Assembly: GCA_045656645.1 (NCBI GenBank)
Contig: JAZORN010000060.1
Span: 1-62,166, forward strand
Reading direction: 5' to 3'
Length of the DNA stretch: 62,166 bases
DNA from: Clostridia bacterium
GTDB lineage: Bacteria > Bacillota > Clostridia > UMGS1883
The notes under the pieces are model-generated. The model worked only from the letters and a program-made list of their open reading frames with translations, did no database searches and was not told the DNA's origin. Below are positions 9,211 to 19,000 of this stretch, one piece after another. The stretch's first letter is position 1, and every line of letters starts with the position of its first letter. A program made the translations under genes and the position numbers.

Positions 9211-10209
9211 TTAGAAAGATAAATATTCTTCTATATTAATTTTGATTATCATTTTTAATAATTCGCAGGTATTCTCCAAATCCGTTTTATCAATAACTTC
9301 ACATGCTGAATGTATATATCGTGTGGGAATTGAAATCGTGCCTGCCCTTACTCCCCCGCCTGAAAGATGAATTGCACCTGCATCTGTGCCGCCATAGCTT
9401 GCCGCTTCCATCTGATAAGGAATGTTTGCTTTTCTGGCGCAGTCAAGAAGCATATCCTTAACATTCTCGTGAATTATAAAGGATGCATCCTTCATTTTTA
9501 TCGCAGGACCTTTACCAATAGAAAGGTTAAGCTCCTCCGACTGTGGAGTATCTCCTACATTTGAAACATCTACCGATACCGCCATATCAGGATTTATATG
9601 TGCTGCGGCGGTCTTTGCGCCACGCAGACCTACCTCCTCCTGAGCGGTGAATACTGCGTATATATCATTTTCTGACTTTTCTGCCTTCTTCATTGCCTCT
9701 ATAAGCGCCCAGCATCCTGCTCTGTCATCAAGCGCTTTTGACATTATACGGTTACCTATAAGAGAAAAAGACGGAGCATATGCTGCCATATCGCCTATCT
9801 GAATTTTCTGTTCTGCCTCCTCTTTTGAGGATGCACCAATATCCATATACATTTTCTCAAACGGAGCGGTAGAAGGGTTTTCTTTATTTTCATATGAAAT
9901 TTTTCCGCATGTGCCGTTTTCAAACTCAATGCAGGAATTTATAGAGTTGTATTTTTGCACTCCGCCAATGGTAGAAAAACGCGCAAATCCGTTCTCGTCA
10001 ATATAGTTTACCATAAAGCCTATCTCGTCCATATGAGCGGCAAGCATAAGCTTTTTACCGTTACCTTTTTTATGACATATAAGATTACCTAAAGCATCAG
10101 TATATATTTCATCACAGAATTCTTTAAGTTCATTTTCAATAATCTCACGCACACGCTCTTCCCTGCCTGACGGAGAAATGCACGCAGTTAATTTTTGTAA
10201 AAGTTCCAT
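9211..10209 (-). CDS. M42 family (TET) aminopeptidase
   Basis: AHMDE, ALDDR, QEEVGLRGA, GGTDAG, RYIH. Confidence 0.93.
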   Translation of the reverse strand: MELLQKLTACISPSGREERVREIIENELKEFCDEIYTDALGNLICHKKGNGKKLMLAAHMDEIGFMVNYIDENGFARFSTIGGVQKYNSINSCIEFENGTCGKISYENKENPSTAPFEKMYMDIGASSKEEAEQKIQIGDMAAYAPSFSLIGNRIMSKALDDRAGCWALIEAMKKAEKSENDIYAVFTAQEEVGLRGAKTAAAHINPDMAVSVDVSNVGDTPQSEELNLSIGKGPAIKMKDASFIIHENVKDMLLDCARKANIPYQMEAASYGGTDAGAIHLSGGGVRAGTISIPTRYIHSACEVIDKTDLENTCELLKMIIKINIEEYLSF

Positions 10210-11222
10210 TAAAGGTCACTCCCTTCTATAGATTTAAGCACTGCTTTTGAAAGCCTTAATACACTTTCCAGATCGTCTTTACACATTACACTTACAGGAG
10301 AATGTATATATCTGCAGGGCACGGCAAGCACCGCAGTTTTTACGCCAGCACCGCTTCGCTGAATTGCACCTGCATCCGTGCCTCCCATTGCTGTACGTTT
10401 TATCTGCAATGGGATATTATTTTCCTTTGCCGTTTTCATAATAAAGTCAAAATACTTTCTGTCTGAAATAGCCGCTCTGTCCATAGCCGTCATAACGGCG
10501 CCACCGCCAAGATTCGTAACCTGATTGTGCGGCTTGCTTCCATACACATCAGAGCAGGTTGTCCCCTCAATTACAAGTGCAATATCGGGTTTTATTGTAT
10601 TCGCTGAAATAATTGCACCACGAAGCCCCACTTCTTCCTGAGCGGTAAAAACAAAGTATATGTCGCTGTCATATTCCTCTTTCATAAGCTCCAACAACAC
10701 TGCGCAGCCAACTCTGTCATCAAGCGCCTTGCTCTTTACAAGATTTTCACCAAATTCAGTATACTCCCCGTCAAAGGAGGCATAATCGCCAATCTCTACA
10801 AGTTTTTTCGCGCTTTCTTTATCTTTGGCACCTATATCTATGCATAAATCCTTAATCTTGGGCGGATTTAAAACATCGTCACGCCTTTGAAGATGAATAG
10901 CCTTCGCCCCGATAATTCCCGGGATACGGTTTTTTCCTATAAGGACTTTTTTACCGTACATTACGGCTGTTTCGATACCGCCAAGTTCATCAAACTTTAA
11001 AAATCCGTCATCCGTTATTTCAGTTATAATAAAGCCGACTTCATCCATATGCGCAGAAACCATAATTTTTCTGCCGCTTCCTTTTTTATGGCAAATGAGA
11101 TTGCCGATTGTGTCAGTATAGATTTCGTCAGCGGTTGCCCTCTCTCTTAAAAAAGCACGCACCTCATCCTCAAAGCCTGACGGGGCACAAATATTACAAA
11201 GCTCCTTTACCAGCATAAACAT
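10209..11222 (-). CDS. M42 family (TET) aminopeptidase
   Basis: AHMDE, ALDDR, QEEVGLRGA, RYIH. Confidence 0.93.
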   Translation of the reverse strand: MFMLVKELCNICAPSGFEDEVRAFLRERATADEIYTDTIGNLICHKKGSGRKIMVSAHMDEVGFIITEITDDGFLKFDELGGIETAVMYGKKVLIGKNRIPGIIGAKAIHLQRRDDVLNPPKIKDLCIDIGAKDKESAKKLVEIGDYASFDGEYTEFGENLVKSKALDDRVGCAVLLELMKEEYDSDIYFVFTAQEEVGLRGAIISANTIKPDIALVIEGTTCSDVYGSKPHNQVTNLGGGAVMTAMDRAAISDRKYFDFIMKTAKENNIPLQIKRTAMGGTDAGAIQRSGAGVKTAVLAVPCRYIHSPVSVMCKDDLESVLRLSKAVLKSIEGSDL

Positions 11223-12244
11223 TCACCGTCCTTAAGCTTTAATGCAAATGTTGCAATAAGGCGGGCAGCCTTTTCCATATCAGAGCAATCTGCAACCTCA
11301 TAATTTGCGTGCATATATCTTACGGGAATTGAAATAAGTGCCGTAGGTATACCACTGCCCGAGGTCTGAATTTCCCACGCATCTGTACCCGTATCACCGC
11401 CGCACGCTTCAAGTTGAATTTCTATATCATCTTCGTTTGAAAGTGCAATAAGCTTTCTTGTCATCTTACTGTGAAGATTGGGTCCCATAGTAATAACAGG
11501 GCCTTTTCCGCAGGGATATGCGTCATCAGATACGCCCGGGCTTTTTCCGTGACATACATCTATTGCAATAGCACATCCGGGCTGAATTTGGGCTGCCGCA
11601 GTTTTTGCACCACGCAGACCTACCTCCTCCTGGACAGTAGCAACGGCAATAATATCATTCTGAAGCTCATAACCTGACAGCATTTCAAGCACCTTTATAA
11701 CTATGGCAAGACCTCCACGGTCATCAATACACCTTGCCGCGACGGTGTCGCCGTCAAGCTCTGTATAAAAGGTATTAAACGTAATAATATCTCCTACACT
11801 GACAAAACTTTCCGCTTTTTCCTTTGAGAAAAAACCTGCATCAACGCAAAGCTCGGAAAGAGCGGGAAGCTTATCCCTTTTTGTTATAAGATGCGGGGGC
11901 TTTGCACCGATTACACCGAAAAGCTTTTCCTTACCCCATACTGTTACCTCTGTACCGGGAAGAATCTTTGGGTCAAATCCGCCTATCGGGACAAATCTGA
12001 GGCTTCCCTCTTTTGTGATTTCACTGACCATAAGACCAAGCTCGTCCATATGCCCCTCAATCATAAGAGAGGGGGCATTTTTATTTTTGCCCTTTTTTAC
12101 ACCAATAACGTTGCCAAGAGCATCTGTGTAAACCTCGTCGCAAAATTTTGAAAAAAGTGATTTCACACAATTTCTGACAGGCGTTTCACATCCGCTGACA
12201 CCAAATTCACTGTCAAGTATTTTAAGATATTCGGAAATATTCAT
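11207..12244 (-). CDS. M42 family (TET) aminopeptidase
   Basis: GHMDE, IDDR, QEEVGLRGA, RYMH. Confidence 0.93.
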   Translation of the reverse strand: MNISEYLKILDSEFGVSGCETPVRNCVKSLFSKFCDEVYTDALGNVIGVKKGKNKNAPSLMIEGHMDELGLMVSEITKEGSLRFVPIGGFDPKILPGTEVTVWGKEKLFGVIGAKPPHLITKRDKLPALSELCVDAGFFSKEKAESFVSVGDIITFNTFYTELDGDTVAARCIDDRGGLAIVIKVLEMLSGYELQNDIIAVATVQEEVGLRGAKTAAAQIQPGCAIAIDVCHGKSPGVSDDAYPCGKGPVITMGPNLHSKMTRKLIALSNEDDIEIQLEACGGDTGTDAWEIQTSGSGIPTALISIPVRYMHANYEVADCSDMEKAARLIATFALKLKDGECLCW

Positions 12245-12260
12245 ATAATCATCCTTTTAA

Positions 12261-13634
12261 TTACAGGCTATTAACTATGCTCTTAAACAAATTGCCGCGT
12301 TCTTCAAAATTTTTGAACATATCAAAGCTCGTGCTTGCGTTTGAGAGGAGGACTGTATCCCCTGCAGTTGCGGCATTTTTCGCACACATTACCGCCTCTT
12401 CATAAGTTGTGCAGAATTCTGTCACTATATCCTTGCCTTCTCCCGTTTTTTCTGCATATTTATCAAGAGCAGACTTTATAAGGGGCCCTGTCTTTCCTAT
12501 TAAAACAAGATGCTTTACCTTATGGGCAATATGCTCCCCTATTTCATCATAGGGAATTCCCTTATCTTTTCCGCCTGCAATAAGAATTACCTTATCAAAA
12601 ACCTTAAGAGTATTTATCGTTCTGTTCGGGCTTGAATCAATTGAACTGTTATAGTAACGCACACCGTCTATTTCACGCACAAATTCAATTCTGTGCGCAA
12701 CTCCGCCAAAGCTCTGCGCAACCTTTTTCACCGCCTCCGGGGTGTAGAGCGGATATGTTGCCGCTATTGCGGTCATATAATTCTGCACATTATGCTCCCC
12801 GGGAATTTTAATATCGGAAATATCAAGAAGCTTTTCACCAAAGGCATATATTGATTTCCCGTCAGAATAAACGCTGCACTCTGCATCGTAGCCAAAAGAG
12901 CGCACTGTTCCCTTTGCATCCGCACTGCAACTGTGCGATTTTTCATTTGTGCTGTTAACTACGAGAACACCGTCTTCTCCCTGGTTAATGTAAATATTCT
13001 TCTTTGCCTCTATATATTCTTCATAGGACTTATGAACATCAAGATGATTAGGAGTTATATTGGTAATTACAGCAACATCTGCACTCTTTTTCATTGTGTG
13101 AAGCTGAAAGCTTGAAAGCTCTATTACTGCAATATCTTCCTCATTAATATCGTCTGTTCTGCATAAAAGGGGCGTTCCTATGTTTCCGCCGAGGTGGCAT
13201 CGGTACCCGCTTTCACACAGTATATTATAAACAAGAGTTGTGGTAGTTGTTTTTCCGTCGCTACCCGTTATGCCGATAATTTTCGCGGGGCAGACTTCAA
13301 AAAACACTTCCATCTCACTTGTTATTATACTGCCGTTTTCTTTTGCCTTTAAAAGAGCATTATGGTCAAAGCGCATACCCGGTGTTTTGAAAACAAGCTC
13401 ACCTGAAAGATTATCAAGGTAATCCTCACCACAATTAAGTATAACACCCATATCTTTTAACTGCATCGCTGTTTCGCCAAGCTCTGCCTCAGTTTTTTTG
13501 TCGCAGGCGGTGACATATGCCCCGTGCTTACATAAAAATTCAATAAGTGGCAGATTGCTTATACCTATACCTACCACCGTTATATTTTTTCCGCTTACGT
13601 ACTTTTTAAATGCATCAAACTTTTTACTGCTCAA
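12261..13634 (-). CDS. murD: UDP-MurNAc-L-Ala-D-Glu ligase
   Basis: GITGSDGKTTT, GGNIG, ELSSFQL, SFDMFKNFEERG. Confidence 0.96.
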   Translation of the reverse strand: MSSKKFDAFKKYVSGKNITVVGIGISNLPLIEFLCKHGAYVTACDKKTEAELGETAMQLKDMGVILNCGEDYLDNLSGELVFKTPGMRFDHNALLKAKENGSIITSEMEVFFEVCPAKIIGITGSDGKTTTTTLVYNILCESGYRCHLGGNIGTPLLCRTDDINEEDIAVIELSSFQLHTMKKSADVAVITNITPNHLDVHKSYEEYIEAKKNIYINQGEDGVLVVNSTNEKSHSCSADAKGTVRSFGYDAECSVYSDGKSIYAFGEKLLDISDIKIPGEHNVQNYMTAIAATYPLYTPEAVKKVAQSFGGVAHRIEFVREIDGVRYYNSSIDSSPNRTINTLKVFDKVILIAGGKDKGIPYDEIGEHIAHKVKHLVLIGKTGPLIKSALDKYAEKTGEGKDIVTEFCTTYEEAVMCAKNAATAGDTVLLSNASTSFDMFKNFEERGNLFKSIVNSL

Positions 13635-13646
13635 TTTTCATTCCTC

Positions 13647-14264
13647 TTATCTTATAAAATTAGTCTTGATTTTTTCTTCTGTTTCAGGTTTATTTATACC
13701 CGCCTTTTCACCTGCATCAATACATTTTAAAAGCCACGCCATATTTCTTCCCAATGTACGCATTGCCTGCATACCCTCAAGGTCTTTTTTAACCTCTTCG
13801 GGGGTTGTTCCGTGCACCATTGTCCAGTACTGCGCCGTTACAATAGGCATCTGCATAAATTCGGGATATTTCAAAAGCTGATCGAGCGTCGCCGTTGAAC
13901 CGCCCCTTCTGCAGGAAGCAACTACTGCGCAGGGCTTATGGCGAAGCTTTCCGCCCGCACTGTAGAAAAGTCTGTCAAGGAAAGATGTCATCATTCCCGA
14001 TGCCGCCGCATAATGAACGGGTGAGCCAAATACTACCGCATCGGCACTGTCAAGGAGTGTTGCTGCCTCGTTAACACAATCATCTGTAACACATTTTCCG
14101 TTCTTTACACAGTATCCGCATCCAAGGCATCCCTTTGTTGCCGCCCCTGCGTGAAAGATTACGGTTTCAATTCCTTCAGCGTTTAACTCTTTTTCGATTT
14201 CTGTAAGTGCTGTATATGTACAGCCGTTTTTCTTAGGACTTCCATTAAAAAGTATAACTTTCAT
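13647..14264 (-). CDS. iron-sulfur flavoprotein / multimeric flavodoxin
   Basis: NGSPKKNGCT, CxxCxxC motif, GSPVHY. Confidence 0.9.
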   Translation of the reverse strand: MKVILFNGSPKKNGCTYTALTEIEKELNAEGIETVIFHAGAATKGCLGCGYCVKNGKCVTDDCVNEAATLLDSADAVVFGSPVHYAAASGMMTSFLDRLFYSAGGKLRHKPCAVVASCRRGGSTATLDQLLKYPEFMQMPIVTAQYWTMVHGTTPEEVKKDLEGMQAMRTLGRNMAWLLKCIDAGEKAGINKPETEEKIKTNFIR

Positions 14265-14290
14265 AATTATAACCAATCCTTTCTTTTCGT

Positions 14291-15328
14291 TTATGGATTA
14301 CAATTTCCGCAAACTGAATACCCTGCCATAACTGCATTTTCACGTTTATTAAATATAACTCTGTTTTTATTTCCCGGAAGATTGGGGCACGTTTCACAGT
14401 GGAAAATTTTTGACTTTTTATTTCCTATGTATACCTGCCTCTGCTCACTTTCTTCCCGTTTATAAAGCCCTTCACCTGTGGCTTTATAAACTTCTTTTCC
14501 GTCAGATGTTAAAACCACTGTGCCAATCCTGTCACATCTTAAAATCTCTGCTCCGCACTTTTCTATACGCTGCACCGCCTCTTTATGCGGATGTCCGTAG
14601 GAATTTCCGCTGCCAGATGAAATTACCGCAACACTCGGAGATACCTTATTTAAAAATTCCACCGACGATGCGTAGCGGCTTCCGTGGTGTGAAACTTTTA
14701 AAATATCAGCATCTATGTTATCTCCGTTTTTTATAAGCTCTGCCTCGACAGAGCGTTCTGCATCACCTGTAAAAAGAGCTGTTACATCACCATATTTTAC
14801 TGTAAGAACAAGCGAATTATCATTAGAATTTCCAAAATCCTTTCGTGGCGACAAAAATTTTAGCTTAAACGGACCTATATCATACTCTATTCCCATATCA
14901 GGTATATAGGGTGTAATTTCCTTATTTATAAGAACATCTATAAATCTCTCAAAAAAATAAGATGTGGTTGTCTCACCATTAAGATATACATTTCCTGCAT
15001 CCACACCCAAAAGAACTGCCGCTCCGCCGCCCATATGGTCCTCGTGTGGGTGAGTGCCAATAAAGCAATCAAGATAGTCTATGCCCAAATTTGAAAGATA
15101 TTCGCATATAATACTGCCGCTCTCACGTGTTCCTGCATCAATCATAATATTAGTATCACCGCTGCGGATTAAAGCACAGTCCCCCTGCCCGACATCTATA
15201 AAATGAAACTGTGCCGTTTCCAGAGTTTTGTCTGCGTTCGTACTTTCCGTTTGATTTGTGCTGTATGTACAGGATGTAAAAAGCAGGATAATAAGAAGGA
15301 CGAAAGAAATCAATCTTCTTTTTTGCAT
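14291..15328 (-). CDS. ComEC/Rec2-type MBL-fold lipoprotein with C-terminal Ada-type Zn domain
   Basis: Lipobox-like FTSC, IDVGQGD, THPHEDH, LKVSHHGS, FHCETC..CGNCNP. Confidence 0.88.
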   Translation of the reverse strand: MQKRRLISFVLLIILLFTSCTYSTNQTESTNADKTLETAQFHFIDVGQGDCALIRSGDTNIMIDAGTRESGSIICEYLSNLGIDYLDCFIGTHPHEDHMGGGAAVLLGVDAGNVYLNGETTTSYFFERFIDVLINKEITPYIPDMGIEYDIGPFKLKFLSPRKDFGNSNDNSLVLTVKYGDVTALFTGDAERSVEAELIKNGDNIDADILKVSHHGSRYASSVEFLNKVSPSVAVISSGSGNSYGHPHKEAVQRIEKCGAEILRCDRIGTVVLTSDGKEVYKATGEGLYKREESEQRQVYIGNKKSKIFHCETCPNLPGNKNRVIFNKRENAVMAGYSVCGNCNP

Positions 15329-15380
15329 ATATTTCCTCCTATATTCAAAAAAGCCTGACTAAGCTGTCAGGCTTCAAAAG

Positions 15381-15644
15381 CTATTCTGCAAAATTTGCTG
15401 CAACAAGATTTGCCAGTTCACTAACTGCCGCCTCTTCATCTGCACCGTCTGCAATCAATGTAACCCGCATTCCACGTGTTACCCCTAAAGACAAAACACC
15501 GAGCAGGCTTTTTGCATTGACTCTGCGCTCGTCCTTCGAAATCCAGATTCCCGAAGAAAATTCGTTCGCTTTCTGTATGAAAAATGTTGCAGGACGCGCA
15601 TGCAATCCAACTTGATTCTGCACAATAATCTCTTTAGAAATCAT
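15381..15644 (-). CDS. ptsH: HPr phosphocarrier protein
   Basis: GLHARP (His15), NAKSLLGV (Ser46); TTGACT-17-TATACT promoter at 15709-15681. Confidence 0.93.
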   Translation of the reverse strand: MISKEIIVQNQVGLHARPATFFIQKANEFSSGIWISKDERRVNAKSLLGVLSLGVTRGMRVTLIADGADEEAAVSELANLVAANFAE

Positions 15645-15868
15645 AAAATGCAAGCTCCTTATCAAAATACTGTTTTTATTAGTATACAGCTTTTTTTGCA
15701 AATAGTCAACTAAATTTTAACGAAATTTATTCAAGACGCATTTAAAATAGTACTTTTTGGAAAAAATTCTCCGTTTTGTGCAAATTGTACAAAAAAAGTT
15801 TTATTTCAATATTCAATTTTTATAGTTTAAATATTGAAATTTGTCAAAAAATCAGTTATTATATAGAC

Positions 15869-15949
15869 GTACCGAAAAGGTACTTAAACTTTTTTCATTT
15901 TCCCTCCTTTTAGTGGCAGACGGTTTATCTTGTCTGTCATCTTTTTTTT
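15869..15949 (+). ncRNA. candidate ~80-nt anti-SD small RNA
   Basis: TTGAAA-17-TATTAT promoter (15834-15862), 5' hairpin, CATTTTCCCTCCTTT seed, terminator with T8. Confidence 0.55.
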
Positions 15950-15959
15950 GTCTTTTTTT

Positions 15960-15988
15960 GCATAACGCCTCTCTACACGGCATATATT
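15960..15988 (+). promoter_or_regulatory. sigma-E-like promoter
   Basis: GCATAAC-14-CATATATT upstream of a spore coat gene. Confidence 0.6.
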
Positions 15989-16010
15989 CGTTTTGTAAGG
16001 AGGATGAATT

Positions 16011-17537
16011 ATGGAAATAAATATTAAAAATGAAAATTTATCCGTATGCAGCGGTGTATGCCGCACAAAAAACAATTTTACTACAGAAACGGATGTTATA
16101 GTCCCCGACAGTAAGCCTGATATATTAAAGGTACTTCAGCTCAGTGCCCGTCCCAAAGTGACTCTTTGCGAAACCCGCAGCGGTCAGGTAATAATTTCGG
16201 GAACATTAACATTTAATATTCTTTATCTTGCAGATGACGAGGAAAAATGTGTAAAATCCATTACCTCCTCCTGCGAGTTTTCAAATCTTATAAAGGACAG
16301 CAATATCGGTGATTCTATGCTGACCTTTGTAGATGTAGATGTGAGCGACCTGTCGGTAAACATAGCAAATTGCCGTAAGCTTACACTTCGTGCAACTCTT
16401 TTGGCATCGCTTCGGGTTTATTCACAACGCAATCTTGAGCTTGTCAGCGATATAGAGGGTGCCTGCACTAAGAAAACTACTCTTTATTCAGGAACAATTT
16501 GTGCCAATGCGCAAAGTAATGCATCTATTACTGATTCATTTGAGCTTTCACAGGGAAAATCCGATATTGAGGAAATATTACAAACAGATGCATGGATAAC
16601 TGACAGTGAACTGAAGGTTATTGACGATAAGGCTATAGTAAAAGGGAATGTCCGTGTCACCGTTCTTTATAAAAGTGAGAACTCCCTTGAATACGCACAG
16701 ACGGAATGTTCATTTGCTCATGTTCTTGAGGTTGACGGTATTCGCAGTGATATGACGAATGAATACTCCGTAAAGCTGACAGATATAGATGCAATTGTGT
16801 GTACAAACGAAGACGGCAGAAACAATGTTATTGAACTTTCCTGTGATTTATTATTAAGAGTTATTGCACGTTCACGTAGTGAATTTGAGTGTGTTGTTGA
16901 TGCGTATATTCCCCACGGGGCACTCGAGTGCAGCCACTGCGATATCAGCGTGGAGGATATCGAAACGGTTATACATACTTCATCAGATTTTAAGGAAAAG
17001 GTTAATCTTCCTGCCTCTTGCCCGCCAATCGGTTCAATATACCAGACTATTGCACGGCCTTTTGTTGAAAGTTGTTATACAGAAAGCGGAAAAATTCATA
17101 TAAGCGGCTATACTGAGGTTTATCTCCTTTATCTGAGCAGCGATGAAAATTCACCTGTTTACAGCCATAAAGCAAATATTGACTTTTCCGCAGTATGCGA
17201 CTCCCCTGGTTGTATGCTTACACCCGTGGCAGAGGCTCAGCTGCGTAATATAAGCTATACCATTAATTCTGAGGACTGCGTTGAGATACGGGGAAGCATA
17301 GATATAAATGTACAGTGCATCCGTAATACTGCTACAAAGGTTATATATGATGCGAGCATAGGAGAATACACCCCGCCCGAGCGTCCGTCAATTATCGTTT
17401 CGTGCGTTTCAGAAGGAAGAAATCTGTGGGATATTGCAAAGGAATATTTAGTTGACCAAAACGATATTCTTCTTGCAAACGCACTTGAAAACAGCGAAGA
17501 GATTATGCCTGGAACGGCACTTATCATACCTAAATAA
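16011..17537 (+). CDS. SPOCS (DUF3794) and LysM spore coat morphogenetic protein, SipL-like
   Basis: IVPDSKPDILKVL repeats; C-terminal LWDIAKEY LysM. Confidence 0.88.
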   Translation: MEINIKNENLSVCSGVCRTKNNFTTETDVIVPDSKPDILKVLQLSARPKVTLCETRSGQVIISGTLTFNILYLADDEEKCVKSITSSCEFSNLIKDSNIGDSMLTFVDVDVSDLSVNIANCRKLTLRATLLASLRVYSQRNLELVSDIEGACTKKTTLYSGTICANAQSNASITDSFELSQGKSDIEEILQTDAWITDSELKVIDDKAIVKGNVRVTVLYKSENSLEYAQTECSFAHVLEVDGIRSDMTNEYSVKLTDIDAIVCTNEDGRNNVIELSCDLLLRVIARSRSEFECVVDAYIPHGALECSHCDISVEDIETVIHTSSDFKEKVNLPASCPPIGSIYQTIARPFVESCYTESGKIHISGYTEVYLLYLSSDENSPVYSHKANIDFSAVCDSPGCMLTPVAEAQLRNISYTINSEDCVEIRGSIDINVQCIRNTATKVIYDASIGEYTPPERPSIIVSCVSEGRNLWDIAKEYLVDQNDILLANALENSEEIMPGTALIIPK

Positions 17538-17545
17538 TATACTGC

Positions 17546-17711
17546 AAAAAGGCTATCGCAAAATGTATATTTATGCAATCCATTAAGTGGGGACGGTCCT
17601 GTTTTGGCACAAAAAATATAATTTTTCGTGCCAAAAGACTTAAAAAGTCTGTCAGGAGCCGTCCCCGAATGGCTTGCATTGTATATTAATACATTTTGCG
17701 ATAGCCTTTTT
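17546..17711. mobile_element. 166-bp palindromic MITE-like element (family E)
   Basis: Perfect 23-bp terminal IR AAAAAGGCTATCGCAAAATGTAT plus nested inner IRs. Confidence 0.7.
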
Positions 17712-17712
17712 T

Positions 17713-18021
17713 TCACATTATTATCTGCATTATAAATGCTGTCACTGCCGCACCCACCGCAACGGTAAGAAGACTTCTTTTAGTGTATGCGAGCACTATT
17801 GCAATCAGGCTTCCTGCGGCGGCACTTATAAAAGAGGACGTACTGTAAAGCACTGCAGGGAATGTCATTGCCGAAAGCACTGTATATGGCACATAATAAA
17901 GAAACGACTTTATCCATTTGTTTTTAATCTTTTTTCTTATCAGCACCATAGGTGTTACACGGATAAGGTAGGTTACAATTGCCATAACGGCTATGCCTGA
18001 GATTAAGTATGTATTGCTCAT
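17713..18021 (-). CDS. azlD: AzlD branched-chain amino acid exporter small subunit
   Basis: VTYLIR..P, FLYYVPY..LSAMTFP. Confidence 0.9.
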   Translation of the reverse strand: MSNTYLISGIAVMAIVTYLIRVTPMVLIRKKIKNKWIKSFLYYVPYTVLSAMTFPAVLYSTSSFISAAAGSLIAIVLAYTKRSLLTVAVGAAVTAFIMQIIM

Positions 18022-18038
18022 TCTTCACCCTCCTCAAC

Positions 18039-18315
18039 TAACCGAAACGAAGTAATCCAAACTCTGTTTTTTGCTTTCTGTTTTCCGCCATTGCTGCGTT
18101 AAAAGCCTTGCATATACGACAGTATATGCTGCAATTTTGCCTTGCACTGACGAAAAACCGTGTGCAAAAAATTCTACGAACCCAAAATGTCTCAAAATTG
18201 AGATTTTTCAAGGCGGCAGGACGAAGGAATACTGTTTCGTATTTCAATACCGACAACGAAGAAAAAGCCGATTTTCAGCCATTTTGGGCAGGTTCGGATT
18301 GCTTCGTTTCGGTTA
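18039..18315 (-). mobile_element. 277-bp Y-shaped element, subfamily D, inserted in the azlC 3' end
   Basis: TA-ACCGAAACGAAGTAATCC...GGATTGCTTCGTTTCGGT-TA; about 20 substitutions versus the inverted copy at 48620-48896. Confidence 0.93.
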
Positions 18316-19000
18316 TAGGGAATAAAAACGCCGCTGCAGCACTCACTGTAAGGGTAATGATAATGATCGACCAACCACTTGAAATACTTTTAAGCATCGG
18401 TGCATAATAAAAAATAACGCTCATCAAAACTGCCATAACGGAAGTTATCATCACATTCTTATTCTCACGTGCAGGGGGAATTACTATCGCAATAAACATT
18501 GCATAAAGCGCAATCCCCATTGACGAGGATAATACGGGCGGCATAAAAGAGGTCAAAACAGCACCCGTAAGAGTGCCGAGTGTCCACCCTATTGGTGGCG
18601 TAAGTACAAGCCCCGCCATATATGCGCTTGTAATTGTCCCTTTGTGCTTTATCGATACCGCAAACACCTCATCAGTTATTGCAAAAGAGAAAATCATTCT
18701 TTTCCATATGCTCATTTTTTCATCTACACGTTGCGATAAGGAAAGCGACATAAGAAAATACCTGAGGTTTATTATTAAGGTTGTCAGCGCAAGCTCTGTA
18801 AGTGCACCAAGTACAAGCAGTATATTAACGCCTGCAAACTGGCCTGCACTTGTAAGATTTGTCATCGAAATAAGCACTGCCGACCATATTGGAAGTCCTG
18901 AAAGTGCCACCGTAAGACCAAATGCCATAGAAACTGAAAAATATCCGAGTGCTATCGGTACACCGTCTTTAACTCCCTGTAAAAATTCCTGTTTTTTCAT
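18275..19000 (-). CDS. azlC: AzlC branched-chain amino acid exporter permease
   Basis: PIALGY, AGQF, INLRY, ITDEVFA; last 12 residues and stop come from the element. Confidence 0.92.
   Translation of the reverse strand: MKKQEFLQGVKDGVPIALGYFSVSMAFGLTVALSGLPIWSAVLISMTNLTSAGQFAGVNILLVLGALTELALTTLIINLRYFLMSLSLSQRVDEKMSIWKRMIFSFAITDEVFAVSIKHKGTITSAYMAGLVLTPPIGWTLGTLTGAVLTSFMPPVLSSSMGIALYAMFIAIVIPPARENKNVMITSVMAVLMSVIFYYAPMLKSISSGWSIIIITLTVSAAAAFLFPITETKQSEPAQNG

Noticed and set aside
15884-15898. Mini-ORF MKKV with strong RBS on the minus strand
   Set aside because: Promoter, G-U pairs and U-tail all point to a + strand RNA; better read as the complement of the sRNA seed.
18039-18315. attC site / integron with xerD as integrase
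   Set aside because: Only subfamily D has AAC..GTT ends, 277 bp is too long for attC, there is no cassette array, and XerD lacks the IntI insertion.
18038-18407. Short ORFs duplicated at 48607-48897 as a possible peptide family
   Set aside because: They are similar only because the DNA repeat is; no RBS, open in several frames, and not shared with subfamily A.
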